A stretch of 60,322 bases of DNA from Candidatus Thermosaccharophagus tengchongensis. GTDB lineage: Bacteria; Armatimonadota; Fervidibacteria; Fervidibacterales; Thermosaccharophagaceae. The DNA lies in assembly GCA_032161105.1 (NCBI GenBank), contig JAVHTD010000018.1. The stretch is one strand, 5' to 3'. Below the pieces are notes generated by a model. That model had not been told where the DNA came from, ran no database searches, and saw only the letters and a program-made list of their open reading frames with translations. This document shows positions 39,216 through 50,300 of the stretch, piece by piece. Every line of letters begins with the position of its first letter. Position 1 is the stretch's first letter. Position numbers and translations under genes: made by a program.

Positions 39216-40898
39216 GTGGGAAAAATGTGGCGTATACTGACAATTTGTGGGTTGCTCTTCATCGGTGTGTTGGTCAGCATCGGTATCCCCACTGATTTTC
39301 AGGACAGGTTTGTTTGGATCTTTGGGTGGGGTCTCGGAAGAGATGAAGATGTGGCTCAAATTAGTGGAATTCTTGAGGTCGCATCAAAGTGTGGCTATAA
39401 TGGCGCGGTTTTGGCGGCGGGACTTGATTCGCTGTGCAAGCGAGACGAAAATTACTTCCGAAGGCTCAATGAAGTGCGGGAAATGTGTAGTAGGCTCAAT
39501 TTAGAGCTAATTCCGTCCATATTTTCCGTTGGTTACGGTGGCGGCGTTTTAGCTCATGACAGAAATCTTGCCGAGGGAATTCCAGTTAAAGATGCGCTGT
39601 TTATTGTCAAGGGAAATAAAGCATTTCACATCCCGGATCATCAAGTCCAAGTGATTAACGGTGGGTTTGAGGAATTTGAGGGTAATAGGGCAAAATGGTT
39701 CTCATTTCATGATGAGCCGGGTAAGGTCAGTTTTATTGACACGCAAGTCAAGCATAGTGGTAACGCTTCATTGCGATTTGAAAACTTTCAGGCGCATCCA
39801 TATAGAAATGCGAGAGTAATGCAAGAGATAAAAGTTCGCCCATATAGATGCTATCGTGTCAGCCTTTGGGTGAAGACAGAGAGTTTGCAGCCATCAAGAA
39901 ACTTTCGCATCTTAGTTTTGGCTGGCAATCGTGACATTGCTCCTCGTTCCTTCAACTTGCCACCCACGACGGATTGGAGAAAAGTCACGATGATTTTCAA
40001 CAGTTTGGAATTTGACTCCGTGAGACTTTATGCCGGAGTTTGGGGCGGTAGAGAGGGCAAGTTTTGGCTTGATGACTGGACGATTGAGGAAATTGGACCC
40101 TACAATGTGCTTCGTCGTCCGGGAACACCGGTAACGGTCAAGAGCGAGGATGGGAGCATCGTGTATGAGGAGGGGAAGGACTATGCGCCGTTGATTGACC
40201 CAAATTTGCAGCCTTATAGGGGCGAGTTTGCTTACCCGGAACCGGTGTTAACAATCCTTCCGAATAGCCGGATAAAGGATGGGCAGAAATTGCGAGTAAG
40301 TTGGTATCATCCGATGGTAATTTATGAGAGCCAGGTGACAGTTTGCATGGGGGAGCCCGCCCTGTATGAAATTTTTGAGCACGAGGCTAAATTGCTGTGG
40401 GAAAGGCTTCGCTATCGGAAAGTTTTGCTCAGCATGGATGAGATAAGGATGGGTGGAACTTGCAAGGCGTGTGAAGGGAAGAATATGGCACAACTTCTCG
40501 GGGAATGCGTCACAAAGCAAGTTCAGGCGTTGCGCCGTTACAATCCGGAGACCGAAATTTACATCTGGTCAGACATGTTTGACCCTAATCATAACGCTCA
40601 CCCAAATTATTACCTCGTGAAGGGAGATTTTACCGGCTCTTGGAACTATATCCCGAAGGATATTATCATCGCTGTTTGGGGAGGCGCTCCGAGGGAAAAA
40701 AGCCTCAAATTCTTCTCAGAACAGGGCTTCAAGATGCTCATTGCTTGCTACTACGATGCTGACACGCTTAAGGATGTTGAAGGTTGGCTGAATCTCGCTA
40801 AAGACATGAAAAATGTCCGTGGATTCATGTATACGACATGGGTAAAGAGGTATGACCTCTTGGAGGGATTTGGCAAGTTGGTCTTTGGTGGTAAGTAG
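39216..40898 (+). CDS. GH20-like (hexosaminidase-type) glycosidase with an inserted CBM4/9-like domain
   Basis: Signal peptide; ELIPS; INGGFEE...HSGNASLR...YRVSLWVKT...WLDD (CBM4/9-like); SMDEIR (DE pair), IWSDMF and GFMYTTW. Confidence 0.65.
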   Translation: MGKMWRILTICGLLFIGVLVSIGIPTDFQDRFVWIFGWGLGRDEDVAQISGILEVASKCGYNGAVLAAGLDSLCKRDENYFRRLNEVREMCSRLNLELIPSIFSVGYGGGVLAHDRNLAEGIPVKDALFIVKGNKAFHIPDHQVQVINGGFEEFEGNRAKWFSFHDEPGKVSFIDTQVKHSGNASLRFENFQAHPYRNARVMQEIKVRPYRCYRVSLWVKTESLQPSRNFRILVLAGNRDIAPRSFNLPPTTDWRKVTMIFNSLEFDSVRLYAGVWGGREGKFWLDDWTIEEIGPYNVLRRPGTPVTVKSEDGSIVYEEGKDYAPLIDPNLQPYRGEFAYPEPVLTILPNSRIKDGQKLRVSWYHPMVIYESQVTVCMGEPALYEIFEHEAKLLWERLRYRKVLLSMDEIRMGGTCKACEGKNMAQLLGECVTKQVQALRRYNPETEIYIWSDMFDPNHNAHPNYYLVKGDFTGSWNYIPKDIIIAVWGGAPREKSLKFFSEQGFKMLIACYYDADTLKDVEGWLNLAKDMKNVRGFMYTTWVKRYDLLEGFGKLVFGGK

Positions 40899-40958
40899 GC
40901 TAAAATGGGCGTCAGTTTTTGACTAAAGCAGGGTATTGTTGATGGGGGGGTGAGACAT

Positions 40959-42416
40959 ATGGAATTAAATCGCAGGGAATTTTTGAAGCAGGTGGGAGGG
41001 GCGGCATTACTGCCGCTATTCCTTCGCGGAGCTGGGAAAGCCGGTCAAAAACGCTTAAATGTCCTCTTCATAGCCGTTGACGATTTGAACAGAAGATTGA
41101 GTTGTTATGGCGATAAGGTTGCGAAAACGCCAAACATTGATCGGTTGGCTGAGAGGGGTGTGGTCTTTCGGCGAGCGTATTGTCAATATCCACTTTGCAA
41201 CCCGAGTCGGACTTCGTTCTTAAGCGGTTTATATCCGACGGAAACGCAAATTATGGACAACACCACACCGCCGAGAACTCACATTGGCGATATCATGTTT
41301 TTGCCGCAGTATTTCCGAAAAAATGGTTATTTCACTGCGCGTGTCGGCAAAATCTATCACGGTGGCATGGATGATGCGCCATCTTGGGATATCTCCGAAG
41401 AACCACGGCGAGCACTCCGCAAACAGCAACGCCAACAGCGAAGACAAAGGAATGCAGCAAGTGATTGGAAAATCGGCGCAATCCCGGTCGGGTTAGCGGC
41501 GGAACAAAAGCAGCAAGTTTTGCCGTTGGAGTGGCATGCCACTGACGGCGAAGACATTGATGAACCTGACGGCTTAATCGCATTGAGAGCTTTGCAAATC
41601 TTGGAGGAACACCTCCAAAGGCGTAAAGAACAGCCGTTATTCTTGGCTGTTGGCTTCCACAAACCACATTTGCCTTGGATTGCGCCAAAGCGCTATTTTG
41701 ACATGCACGACCCATCAAAGATGCCATTACCTGATACGCCCCCTGATGATCTTGAAGACATCCCAAAAGTTGCTTTAACTCTTCGCCCAGCGGAGCGTGA
41801 GATGACCGACGAGCAAAAACGGCTCGCAATCAGAGCCTATTATGCCTGCGTCTCATTTATGGATGCGCAAGTTGGCATCTTATTGGATGCACTTGATAAA
41901 CATAAGCTTTGGGACGAAACGATTGTTGTGCTTTTGGGTGATCACGGTTTCCATCTTGGTGAACATGGAGGCTTGTGGCGCAAGATGACGCTATTTGAGG
42001 AATCGGCGGGAGCACCGCTCATTATTGCTGCGCCAAATGTCAAAGGTAAAGGCAAAAGCTGTGACCGCATTGTTGAATTTGTTGACATCTACCCGACACT
42101 TTGCGAATTATGCGACTTGCCAATGCCTGAGCATCGTTTATCGGGTAGAAGTTTATTGACGCTGCTTAATGACCCGGTTGAAAGGTGGGAAAAGCCGGCA
42201 TTTACTTTCGTTAGACGGGGCAAGATTTTGGGGGTTTCAATTCGCACGGAGAAATGGCGCTACACTGAGTGGGATGAAGGGCGTTTGGGCGTAGAGCTTT
42301 ACAATCACGAGGACGATCCGAATGAGTGGCGAAACCTCGCCACTAACCAAAAGTTTGCCGGTGTTGTTGAGGATATGAAGAAATTAGCGCAAAAGTGGCT
42401 TCCTAAGGCAAAATAG
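40959..42416 (+). CDS. Iduronate-2-sulfatase-like Cys-type sulfatase with a twin-arginine leader
   Basis: NRREFLK, IAVDDL, CNPSR, GKIYH, GFHKPHLP, GDHGFHLGEH and WRKMTLFE. Confidence 0.93.
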   Translation: MELNRREFLKQVGGAALLPLFLRGAGKAGQKRLNVLFIAVDDLNRRLSCYGDKVAKTPNIDRLAERGVVFRRAYCQYPLCNPSRTSFLSGLYPTETQIMDNTTPPRTHIGDIMFLPQYFRKNGYFTARVGKIYHGGMDDAPSWDISEEPRRALRKQQRQQRRQRNAASDWKIGAIPVGLAAEQKQQVLPLEWHATDGEDIDEPDGLIALRALQILEEHLQRRKEQPLFLAVGFHKPHLPWIAPKRYFDMHDPSKMPLPDTPPDDLEDIPKVALTLRPAEREMTDEQKRLAIRAYYACVSFMDAQVGILLDALDKHKLWDETIVVLLGDHGFHLGEHGGLWRKMTLFEESAGAPLIIAAPNVKGKGKSCDRIVEFVDIYPTLCELCDLPMPEHRLSGRSLLTLLNDPVERWEKPAFTFVRRGKILGVSIRTEKWRYTEWDEGRLGVELYNHEDDPNEWRNLATNQKFAGVVEDMKKLAQKWLPKAK

Positions 42417-42470
42417 TGGTTATCTCGCCATGTCGCAACGCCATCGTCAGTGTAAGTGCCGATGATACCG

Positions 42471-45344
42471 TTAAAATGTGATTTGGATGTTTTTCTCCTC
42501 ACCCTCACGCAATGTTATTTCCTTTGCAGCTACAAGTTCGCCACCGTAGTAGACCATGATTATGTGCCTTCCGGGCGGGAGGTGCTCAATTCTGAATTCG
42601 CCCTCCGAGGTAACGGAGCTTGCGAGTGAAACATCGGCATTTGGTATAACTTGGTAGAACCTGAAATCACCGCCAATCCTTCCCTTTGCCACAATTTTCC
42701 CGTAGACGCTTGCGCCGGGGGAAAGGTTGAAGTCAACTATTGCATTATCGCCACTTTCAACGCGAACATGGTGTCTGACTGCAGCGGCTAACCCTTCGCC
42801 TCTGCATCTTACCGAGTAAATTCCCGGCGGCACATTTGGGATTCTGTAAAATCCCCCAGTATCTGCCACAGTTTGCGCCAATTTTCTCCCATTCCTTGAG
42901 TGAAGCGTCACAATTGCCATGCCCACTGCTTCACCGGTGTCTATGCGCTTAATCTGACCTTCAATTGAAGCCGGCTTCGGGATGAAGAGCCTTAAAGCCG
43001 CATTTTCCCCCGAATTTACCCGAATTTTTTCCGAGATAATTCCGAGTATTGGTCTGCCGTAAATCACGATCTCATACTCTCCAGATGGAAGCTTCAGCGA
43101 AAATTTTCCATCATAACCCAAGCTTATGGCTCTTTTCACTACGCTTTCCGGTGGAGGGATGGAATGTTGCAAATACACCTCTAACTGCTCAACAGCCCCA
43201 ACAGGGCACACAAAAAGTTGCAAATCCTCAACTATCCTTTGGTCATAGGCAATGACTTCACCTTGCAGTGTTGCAAGTGGTGGCAGTTTTATCGTGCCCA
43301 AATCTTCAACTTTATCCCCAGTAACTTGGATATCTCGCAATTTGATCTCTCCCTCCTCAGCCAACAGCTCAATTGAGTATCGTCCGGGACGAAGATTAGC
43401 CAAAGCGAAAGAGCCATCATCCTTCGTCTGGGTTGTTGCGACTTCATATTCATTCCTTAAGGTTTTGTGCCACATTCTTAGGATTGCTTTCGCGTTTTTG
43501 ACCGGTTTTCCGGCAAAATCTACAAGCTTCCCCAAAATCGTCCCCAATCCGATGTAATTGAGTTTGACAAAAACCTCGCTTATGCCTCGCTTTGCTGTCT
43601 CCTCGTCAAGCTTCAAGGTTGTCTCAAAGTCATCGCAAGTTATGTGGTTCGCTTTAAGCCTATAGTTCCCGACCGGAACCGATGAGAATTCAAATGTGCC
43701 ATCTTGCCGTGACATAGTTACGAGTGATAGCCTGTTGCTGAATGACAAAAGTTGCAAAGTCACATTTTGAAGCGGTTCTTCATGCGCTCCCCTCTTCATC
43801 ACTACTTTCCCCGCAACTTTGACGCAATTTGGCATTGTGAGCACGACTTCAATTTGTTCGCCTCGCTTTAAATCATCGTCCTTTATCCGAATCCGAACCG
43901 GCGGGAAAACAGATGCATGCAGGCTATCCGAGTAGGCGTAGATGTTCCTCGGTGTGGCAGCCAACTCATAACTGCCCGGAGGCAGTCCAGCAATCTTAAG
44001 GAGACCATTTTCGGTCATTCCCACATTCTCCCAGAATGGCTCGCCTTCCACCCTCAGGTGCACATATGCATCGTGCATTTCGCTTGATGGAGCCTTTATC
44101 CGACATACCACCTGTGGGCGCTTTGGCAACACAATTTTGACCTTTGGTGTCCTTGTCTCACGGGCATCCACTATGGTTATGAGGCTCCATCCGGGGAGAC
44201 TCAAAAATGCGCGATATACCGCCGGTTCCTTCTCAATCGGCATCGTGCATTTTCCTTCCACATCCGTGATCAGCATGGCGGATGAACCATATGCTCGTTC
44301 TGGGGAGAGCATGCGCATCACGACTTGAAGCTTGGCATTTCTGATTGGCGCAGTCCCGTCATCGCTCATGAGCAGGAATGTCACTGACGGGAATTGTTCC
44401 TGCGAGATGGCAATTAGGTGCAATGTTAGCGTTTCGCCCTCCCTCACCTCAATCAATCTCGGTTGGAATGTAGCTTGTTCAATTCCCGCAACGCTTAACA
44501 CATACCTCCCAGCTAAAACGCCATCAAACTGGAATGAGCCCAATTGGTCGGTCTGTGATGTCAGGCTCTCGCCGGTTGATAGTGAGCGCAGTTCAATTGT
44601 GGCTTTGGGGATTGGCTCACTCCTTTGGTTGACAAGTGTGCCAATTATTCGGCTCGCATGCGGCGCCAACCTTATGTCAACTTGGGTCTTCATCTGCCCC
44701 TTCGGGATTTGCACATCCACCACAACTGCCCTGTAACCTTGAGCACGCGCTTCAAGTTGGATTGTGCAACCGGTCAAAGCTTCACCGTGTGCTCGCAGCG
44801 AGAATGATTTGACATGCTGTGAAGGCATGTTCGTGAGCGTCTGTTTGCCGACAGTTATCCTGATCGGTGCTCCGAGCCAAATGCAGTAGTTGCCATTGTC
44901 GTCCGTCCGAGCAGTGCATTGCATTTCAACTGCATCGCCTCTTAGGCACAGCTCAATTGATGCATTCGCTATTGGCTCTTCGCTTTCGCTCATCACCCTC
45001 CCATAAAGCATCGGCATTCGCTCAATTGGCATGGAAAGGCTTATTTCATCGTCCTCGCCTTCCACGGTTACAAAAGCAGTTGCGGGTGTATATCCGGCGT
45101 GCACTGCCACAAGCTGCCATTGCCCAACCGGAACATGTTTGAGTGTGCAATCACCGTTAGCGCCTGTAACTGCCGGTCCAAGTGTGATCGGTGTCTCACC
45201 TTGATTGATGGCTATGACGCTTGCGCCCTCAATTCCCCTGTTGGTTTGCCGCTCATAAACTGAGCATCGTATTGAAGCGCACATTGAGCCTTTGCATGTC
45301 AGGGACAACAATATAGCTACAATGATGGCGCACTTTTTTAGCAT
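42471..45344 (-). CDS. Secreted protein of tandem carboxypeptidase-regulatory-like (prealbumin-fold) repeats
   Basis: Signal peptide MLKKCAII; repeated GxV...PIxxAxIxL...TDxxGxFxxxxLxxGxYxL units. Confidence 0.88.
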   Translation of the reverse strand: MLKKCAIIVAILLSLTCKGSMCASIRCSVYERQTNRGIEGASVIAINQGETPITLGPAVTGANGDCTLKHVPVGQWQLVAVHAGYTPATAFVTVEGEDDEISLSMPIERMPMLYGRVMSESEEPIANASIELCLRGDAVEMQCTARTDDNGNYCIWLGAPIRITVGKQTLTNMPSQHVKSFSLRAHGEALTGCTIQLEARAQGYRAVVVDVQIPKGQMKTQVDIRLAPHASRIIGTLVNQRSEPIPKATIELRSLSTGESLTSQTDQLGSFQFDGVLAGRYVLSVAGIEQATFQPRLIEVREGETLTLHLIAISQEQFPSVTFLLMSDDGTAPIRNAKLQVVMRMLSPERAYGSSAMLITDVEGKCTMPIEKEPAVYRAFLSLPGWSLITIVDARETRTPKVKIVLPKRPQVVCRIKAPSSEMHDAYVHLRVEGEPFWENVGMTENGLLKIAGLPPGSYELAATPRNIYAYSDSLHASVFPPVRIRIKDDDLKRGEQIEVVLTMPNCVKVAGKVVMKRGAHEEPLQNVTLQLLSFSNRLSLVTMSRQDGTFEFSSVPVGNYRLKANHITCDDFETTLKLDEETAKRGISEVFVKLNYIGLGTILGKLVDFAGKPVKNAKAILRMWHKTLRNEYEVATTQTKDDGSFALANLRPGRYSIELLAEEGEIKLRDIQVTGDKVEDLGTIKLPPLATLQGEVIAYDQRIVEDLQLFVCPVGAVEQLEVYLQHSIPPPESVVKRAISLGYDGKFSLKLPSGEYEIVIYGRPILGIISEKIRVNSGENAALRLFIPKPASIEGQIKRIDTGEAVGMAIVTLHSRNGRKLAQTVADTGGFYRIPNVPPGIYSVRCRGEGLAAAVRHHVRVESGDNAIVDFNLSPGASVYGKIVAKGRIGGDFRFYQVIPNADVSLASSVTSEGEFRIEHLPPGRHIIMVYYGGELVAAKEITLREGEEKNIQITF

Positions 45345-45569
45345 GGTTGCAGTTGAACGATGCGTGTGAAATGCACCCCACTGCCCGCCTTGCAAGCTTT
45401 GCATCTGTGATCCCCCTCAAGGAGGCGAATTCATCGCCGCGCGATTGCATTGAAACTCAATTAGGCTACTGTTCATCGCTGTGTTCGTTGTGCCGCTTCA
45501 CCAGAACCGATTATAGCCAATTGCTCTGAAGCTCAAACACCGAACGCTGGCAGAGTTGATGCGTTAAGC

Positions 45570-45599
45570 TTTACATTTAAAAGCCACCGTCATCACAAT
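45570..45599 (+). promoter_or_regulatory. Possible efp promoter
   Basis: TTTACA-18 bp-CACAAT, about 50 nt upstream of the efp ATG. Confidence 0.3.
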
Positions 45600-45647
45600 G
45601 CGTTGAGGGAAGCAAAACAAACTCAATCAAGTGGAGGGATTGAAGGC

Positions 45648-46208
45648 ATGATAACCCCGAATGACTTTAAGCCCGGACTGACGATTGAATATGATGGCGA
45701 TGTCTGGATGATACTTGAGTTCCTGCATGTGAAGCCCGGGAAGGGACAGGCATTTGTCCGAACGAAGTTGCGCAACCTGAGGTCGGGCGGTGTCATTGAG
45801 CGCAACTTCCGAATCAACGAGGAGTTTGAGCCAGCGCACATTGAGCGTCGCAAAGTGCAATACCTATACAACCAGGGCGATGAATTCATCTTCATGGACA
45901 TGGACACATTTGAAGAGATCTCGGTTAGCAGGGAGCAGCTTGGGGACGCCGTTGAGCTCATGCCTGAGAATGTTGAGGTCATGCTCCTATTGTATCGTGG
46001 CGATGTGATTGGTGTGGAGCTGCCGACAGCAGTTGAGTTGCGAGTTGTTGAGACTGAACCGGGTGTGCGCGGTGATACCGCATCTGGTGGCTCAAAGCCG
46101 GCAAGGGTTGAGACTGGTGCTGTCATACAGGTGCCGCTGTTCGTGAATGAGGGCGATGTCATAAAAGTGGACACGCGCACAAGGACATACATTGAGCGAG
46201 TAAGCTGA
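45648..46208 (+). CDS. efp: Translation elongation factor P
   Basis: HVKPGKGQAFVRTKL, PGVRGDTA, ETGAVIQVPLFVNEGD and VDTR. Confidence 0.98.
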   Translation: MITPNDFKPGLTIEYDGDVWMILEFLHVKPGKGQAFVRTKLRNLRSGGVIERNFRINEEFEPAHIERRKVQYLYNQGDEFIFMDMDTFEEISVSREQLGDAVELMPENVEVMLLLYRGDVIGVELPTAVELRVVETEPGVRGDTASGGSKPARVETGAVIQVPLFVNEGDVIKVDTRTRTYIERVS

Positions 46209-46471
46209 TTGCAGCTGCAAAGCCGCTTGATTGAGCAAATGACACGGGCTCTTATCTGAAGCGCTTTTACTACCGTCCGCGTCGTTCATGTGCAATCCGT
46301 TGCTTTGCCTCACCCATTCATGATGGTGTGCGAATTGGGCACGAGTTGCAATGTCATCGCCTCGTGATGTGGTCAAACTTAATTTATGTGGCTCGCGTTC
46401 GTGAGCGCGTCTCAGTTACGAGTGCGGCATCTAAAAGATGCCCCAGCCTGTAAGCCGATGCGACTAACGAG

Positions 46472-47320
46472 GTGAAGAATCAATCAGCCATGGCGGCGAT
46501 GAGAGGCAGAGCATTAAGCAGGCGTCAACTTGCGACATTGTGCAGGCAATTCAGCGCGCTGTATAGCGCCGGCGTTGATATGCTTCGCATACTGAAGGTG
46601 CTGAGGCAGCAGGCTGAAGATGAGAGGCTTGTTGAGATATTGCTCAGCGTTGAGAAGGACCTTCGCATGGGAAAGAGTTTAGCCGCCGGCTTCGCCCGCT
46701 TCCCGACTGTGTTTTCGCCGATGTTCATAAGCATGGTCAGGCAGGGAGAGAGGGAGGGCATACTTGATGACATAATGCTCAGGCTCGCTGAACACTTGGA
46801 GAGAGAAGCCGAGCTTGATTCATCTTTCTCTGGGATAAGCCTCACCCGACAAGATGGCGAGTTAGCTTTTGAGAGGTTGCGTCCGCTCATCGTTTGGATA
46901 ACGATCATCGGTGGTGTCATATCGGTCGCCATAGCTGGGCTTTGGTATGTCAGCCTAATTGGACTTTTGCCGCCGCGCTATCTCGGACCAAACATGTCAC
47001 TTCTCGTGGGCGTGCTCTCGTTATCCTTTGCCCTCGTCTTCCTACGATACAAGCCGCCACGGGTCGCAAGGTGCTCATTCTGTGGCGGCACTGAAGCTCA
47101 GGTTGGTCCTCTCATCCCCGGAGAGGGTGTGTGGATATGTGAGGATTGCATAGCCAAGAGTGCACAGATGCTGAAGGAACACAGGCTCGCTGAAGTTGAG
47201 GCTCGCGGTGAGCCGATAGAAGGAGAAGAGGAGGAAGCTGAAGAAGAAGTGCTCTCCCTTGAAGAGGGCGAAGGTGAGCGCCCGCAGAGGCGCGCCATTG
47301 ATGTTGATGAGGAGCCATGA
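46472..47320 (+). CDS. Single T2SSF (PilC/GspF-like) domain, two TM helices, ClpX-type C4 zinc finger and acidic tail
   Basis: LCRQFSALYSAGV...GKSLAAGF..FPTVFSPMFISMVRQGEREGILD; RCSFCG..EAQVGPLIPGEGVWICEDCI. Confidence 0.85.
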   Translation: MKNQSAMAAMRGRALSRRQLATLCRQFSALYSAGVDMLRILKVLRQQAEDERLVEILLSVEKDLRMGKSLAAGFARFPTVFSPMFISMVRQGEREGILDDIMLRLAEHLEREAELDSSFSGISLTRQDGELAFERLRPLIVWITIIGGVISVAIAGLWYVSLIGLLPPRYLGPNMSLLVGVLSLSFALVFLRYKPPRVARCSFCGGTEAQVGPLIPGEGVWICEDCIAKSAQMLKEHRLAEVEARGEPIEGEEEEAEEEVLSLEEGEGERPQRRAIDVDEEP

Positions 47321-47383
47321 GGCGACCTCATCAGCTAACGCCCTTGTTGATGGCGAGTTGCAACATTGCGGGGGCGAGGAGGT

Positions 47384-50300
47384 ATGGTGAGAAACTTTGT
47401 TCATCTTCATGTGCACACCGAGTATAGCCTCCTTGATGGTGCGGCGAGGATTCGCGACTTGGTCTCAGCTGCATCAAAGATGGACATGCCAGCGTTGGCG
47501 ATAACCGATCACGGTGTCATGTATGGCGTCATTGAGTTCTACGAAGCATGCATTGAAGCCGGGATAAAACCCATTGTTGGCTGCGAAGTATACTTAACCG
47601 AAGACAGAAGGGCGCGCAGGGGGAGAAGGGACTCATCAATACCGCATTTGGTGCTGCTTTGTGAGGATGAGGAAGGCTACCATAACCTTATACGCATAGT
47701 GAGTAAGGCTCACCTTGAAGGCTTCTACTACCGCCCGAGGGTTGACCTTGAGTTGCTCAGCGAGCATTCAAAAGGATTGATCGCGCTCAGCTCGTGCCTC
47801 TCAAGCCCGATAGCGAGGGAGATACTCAACGGTAATAGTGATGGCGCAATGAGATGGGCTGCTTTGCTCTCCGAGGTGATGGGTAAGGGCAACTTTTACC
47901 TTGAGCTGCAGGATCACGGATTGAGAGAACAGAAGGTGGTCAATGAGGCTCTCAAGGCAATAGCAAGCGAGCTCAAGTTGCCACTGGTAGTCACTAACGA
48001 TGTCCACTATGTCCAAAGGGAGGACGCGAAAGCCCAGGAGGTGCTGCTGCGAATAAACACGGATAGTGAGACATCCTCAAGGGTGCATTTTGAGACGGAC
48101 GAGTTCTACCTCAAATCGCCGAAGGAAATGTTTGAGACCTTCAGGGATGAAGTGGCTGCGTTAAATGCAACGCTTGAAATATGCGAGCGGTGCGACTTGA
48201 GGATAAAGTTGGGCGAACCGAAGCTGCCGAAATATGAATGCCCGGATGGCATGGATTCGGAGGCATACTTGCGCAAGCTATGCGAGGAGGGAATTAAGCA
48301 GCGGTATGGTAAGCCGACCGATGAGGTAAAGCGCAGGCTTGAATACGAACTCAATGTCATCTCCCAAAAGGGCTACTCCGGCTATTTCCTCATGGTGTGG
48401 GATGTTGTCAGGTATGCAAAGAGCAGGGGGATAATGGTCGGTCCGGGAAGGGGTTCTGCGGCTGGATGCCTCGTGGCATACCTCCTTGGGATAACCAACA
48501 TTGACCCGATAAGGTATGGGCTCATGTTTGAGCGCTTCCTCAACCCGGAGAGGGAAAGCAGCCCCGACATTGACCTTGACTTCCCGGATGTGCGCCGTGA
48601 CGAGATTTTCAGCTATGTCACCGACAAGTATGGGCGTGACAGGGTGGCTCAAATTGTCACCTTCGGGACATTGCAAGCCAAAGCCGCAATTAGGGATGTG
48701 GGGAGGGTGCTCAAGATAGAGCCGCAACTCGTTGACAGCATTGCAAAGCTCATCCCGGGGAGGATGAGCATTGAGGAAGCACTTGAGCAGTTGCTTGAGC
48801 TGCAAAACTATTACAACTCCAATGAAAGGGTGCGCGAGTTGATTGACACGGCTAAAAGAATTGAGGGGTTGGCAAGGCATGCTTCAACTCATCCCTGCGG
48901 AGTCGTGATAGGCGATAGGCCACTCATTGACATTGTTCCGCTGAGGCGAAGCACCGATGGCGAGGGAGTGATAACGCAGTATGACGGCGCCTCCGTTGAG
49001 AAGGTCGGATTGGTGAAGATGGACTTTCTCGGGCTGCGCAACTCAACCATAATAAGCCACACGATTGAGCTCATCAGGAAGCGCAGGGGGATTGAGATTG
49101 ACATCAACTCAATTGACCTCAACGACAAAAGGACTTACGAGATGCTATCCAGCGGACACAGCATCGGCGTTTTCCAGCTTGAGAGCAGGGGCATGAGGCA
49201 GTTGCTCAAAGACCTGCGCCCGGAGTGCTTTGATCACCTCGTGCCGCTCGTAGCGCTTTACCGTCCCGGCCCAATGGATGACATACCGAAGTTTGTAGCC
49301 GGGAGGCATGGCAAGCCAGTTGAATACATGCATCCGAAGCTTGAGGGCATCTTAAAGGAGACATTCGGGGTGATGCTCTATCAGGAGCAGGTGATGAGGA
49401 TAGCGCACGAGCTCGCCGGCTTCTCAATGCCGCAAGCTGAGATACTCATGCGCGCAATGGGGAAGAAGAAGACGGACCTGATGGAGCAGATGCGCCCAAA
49501 GTTCATTGAGGGAGCCGTCGCAAGAGGGATTGAACGGCAGGTGGCTGAGAGGATATACGAGCGCATGAGTGCCTTCGCAAAGTATGCATTCAACAAATCG
49601 CACTCAGCAGCGTATGCGCTCGTCGCGTATCAGACGGCATATCTTAAAGCCAACTTCCCGGTTGAATACATGGCTTGCCTGCTCACTGCATACAAAGGCT
49701 TCAGGAACAAGGTTGTGACTGCTCTATACGAATGCAGGCGCATGGGCATACCGATACTTCCTCCCGACATAAACAGAAGCGGATGTGACTTTGAAGTTGA
49801 GGGCGATGGGATAAGGTTTGCCCTCTCCGCCATAAAGAATGTCGGTGAGAACACAGTCAGGGCGATTGTTGAGGAGAGGGAGCGTGGCGGTGAATACAAG
49901 AGCATGCTTGACTTTGCGAGGAGGGTTCCGCCGAATGCTGTGAGCAGGGGGGCGCTTGAGAGCCTCATAAAGGCGGGCGCTTTTGATTCACTACACCCGA
50001 ACCGAAATCAACTGCTTGCTGCAATAAGCGATGAGCGCTCGCCGCTATTATCCGCGCTGCGCTCACAACCGAAAGCGGTGCTCGCTATGGGAACGCTATT
50101 TGATGCCGGTGAGGGACTCAACTTCCAATTGCAGCTGCCCAATGTCCCCGATGCCACAATTGAGCAAAAGCTCAGTTGGGAGTTGGAGCTAATGGGCTTT
50201 GCGATGCTGCATGATTTGCGCAATTGGCTTCCGGAGGCTGCCAGCAAGATGGTGACACATACGATTGCATCGCTGAGTGAAGAGAGGGAGGGAACAAATG

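Noticed and set aside
46209..46471. Riboswitch or terminator between efp and the T2SSF fusion gene
   Set aside because: Only short hairpins (GGCATCT/AGATGCC, GCTCGCG/CGTGAGC) without a U-tract or recognisable aptamer consensus.
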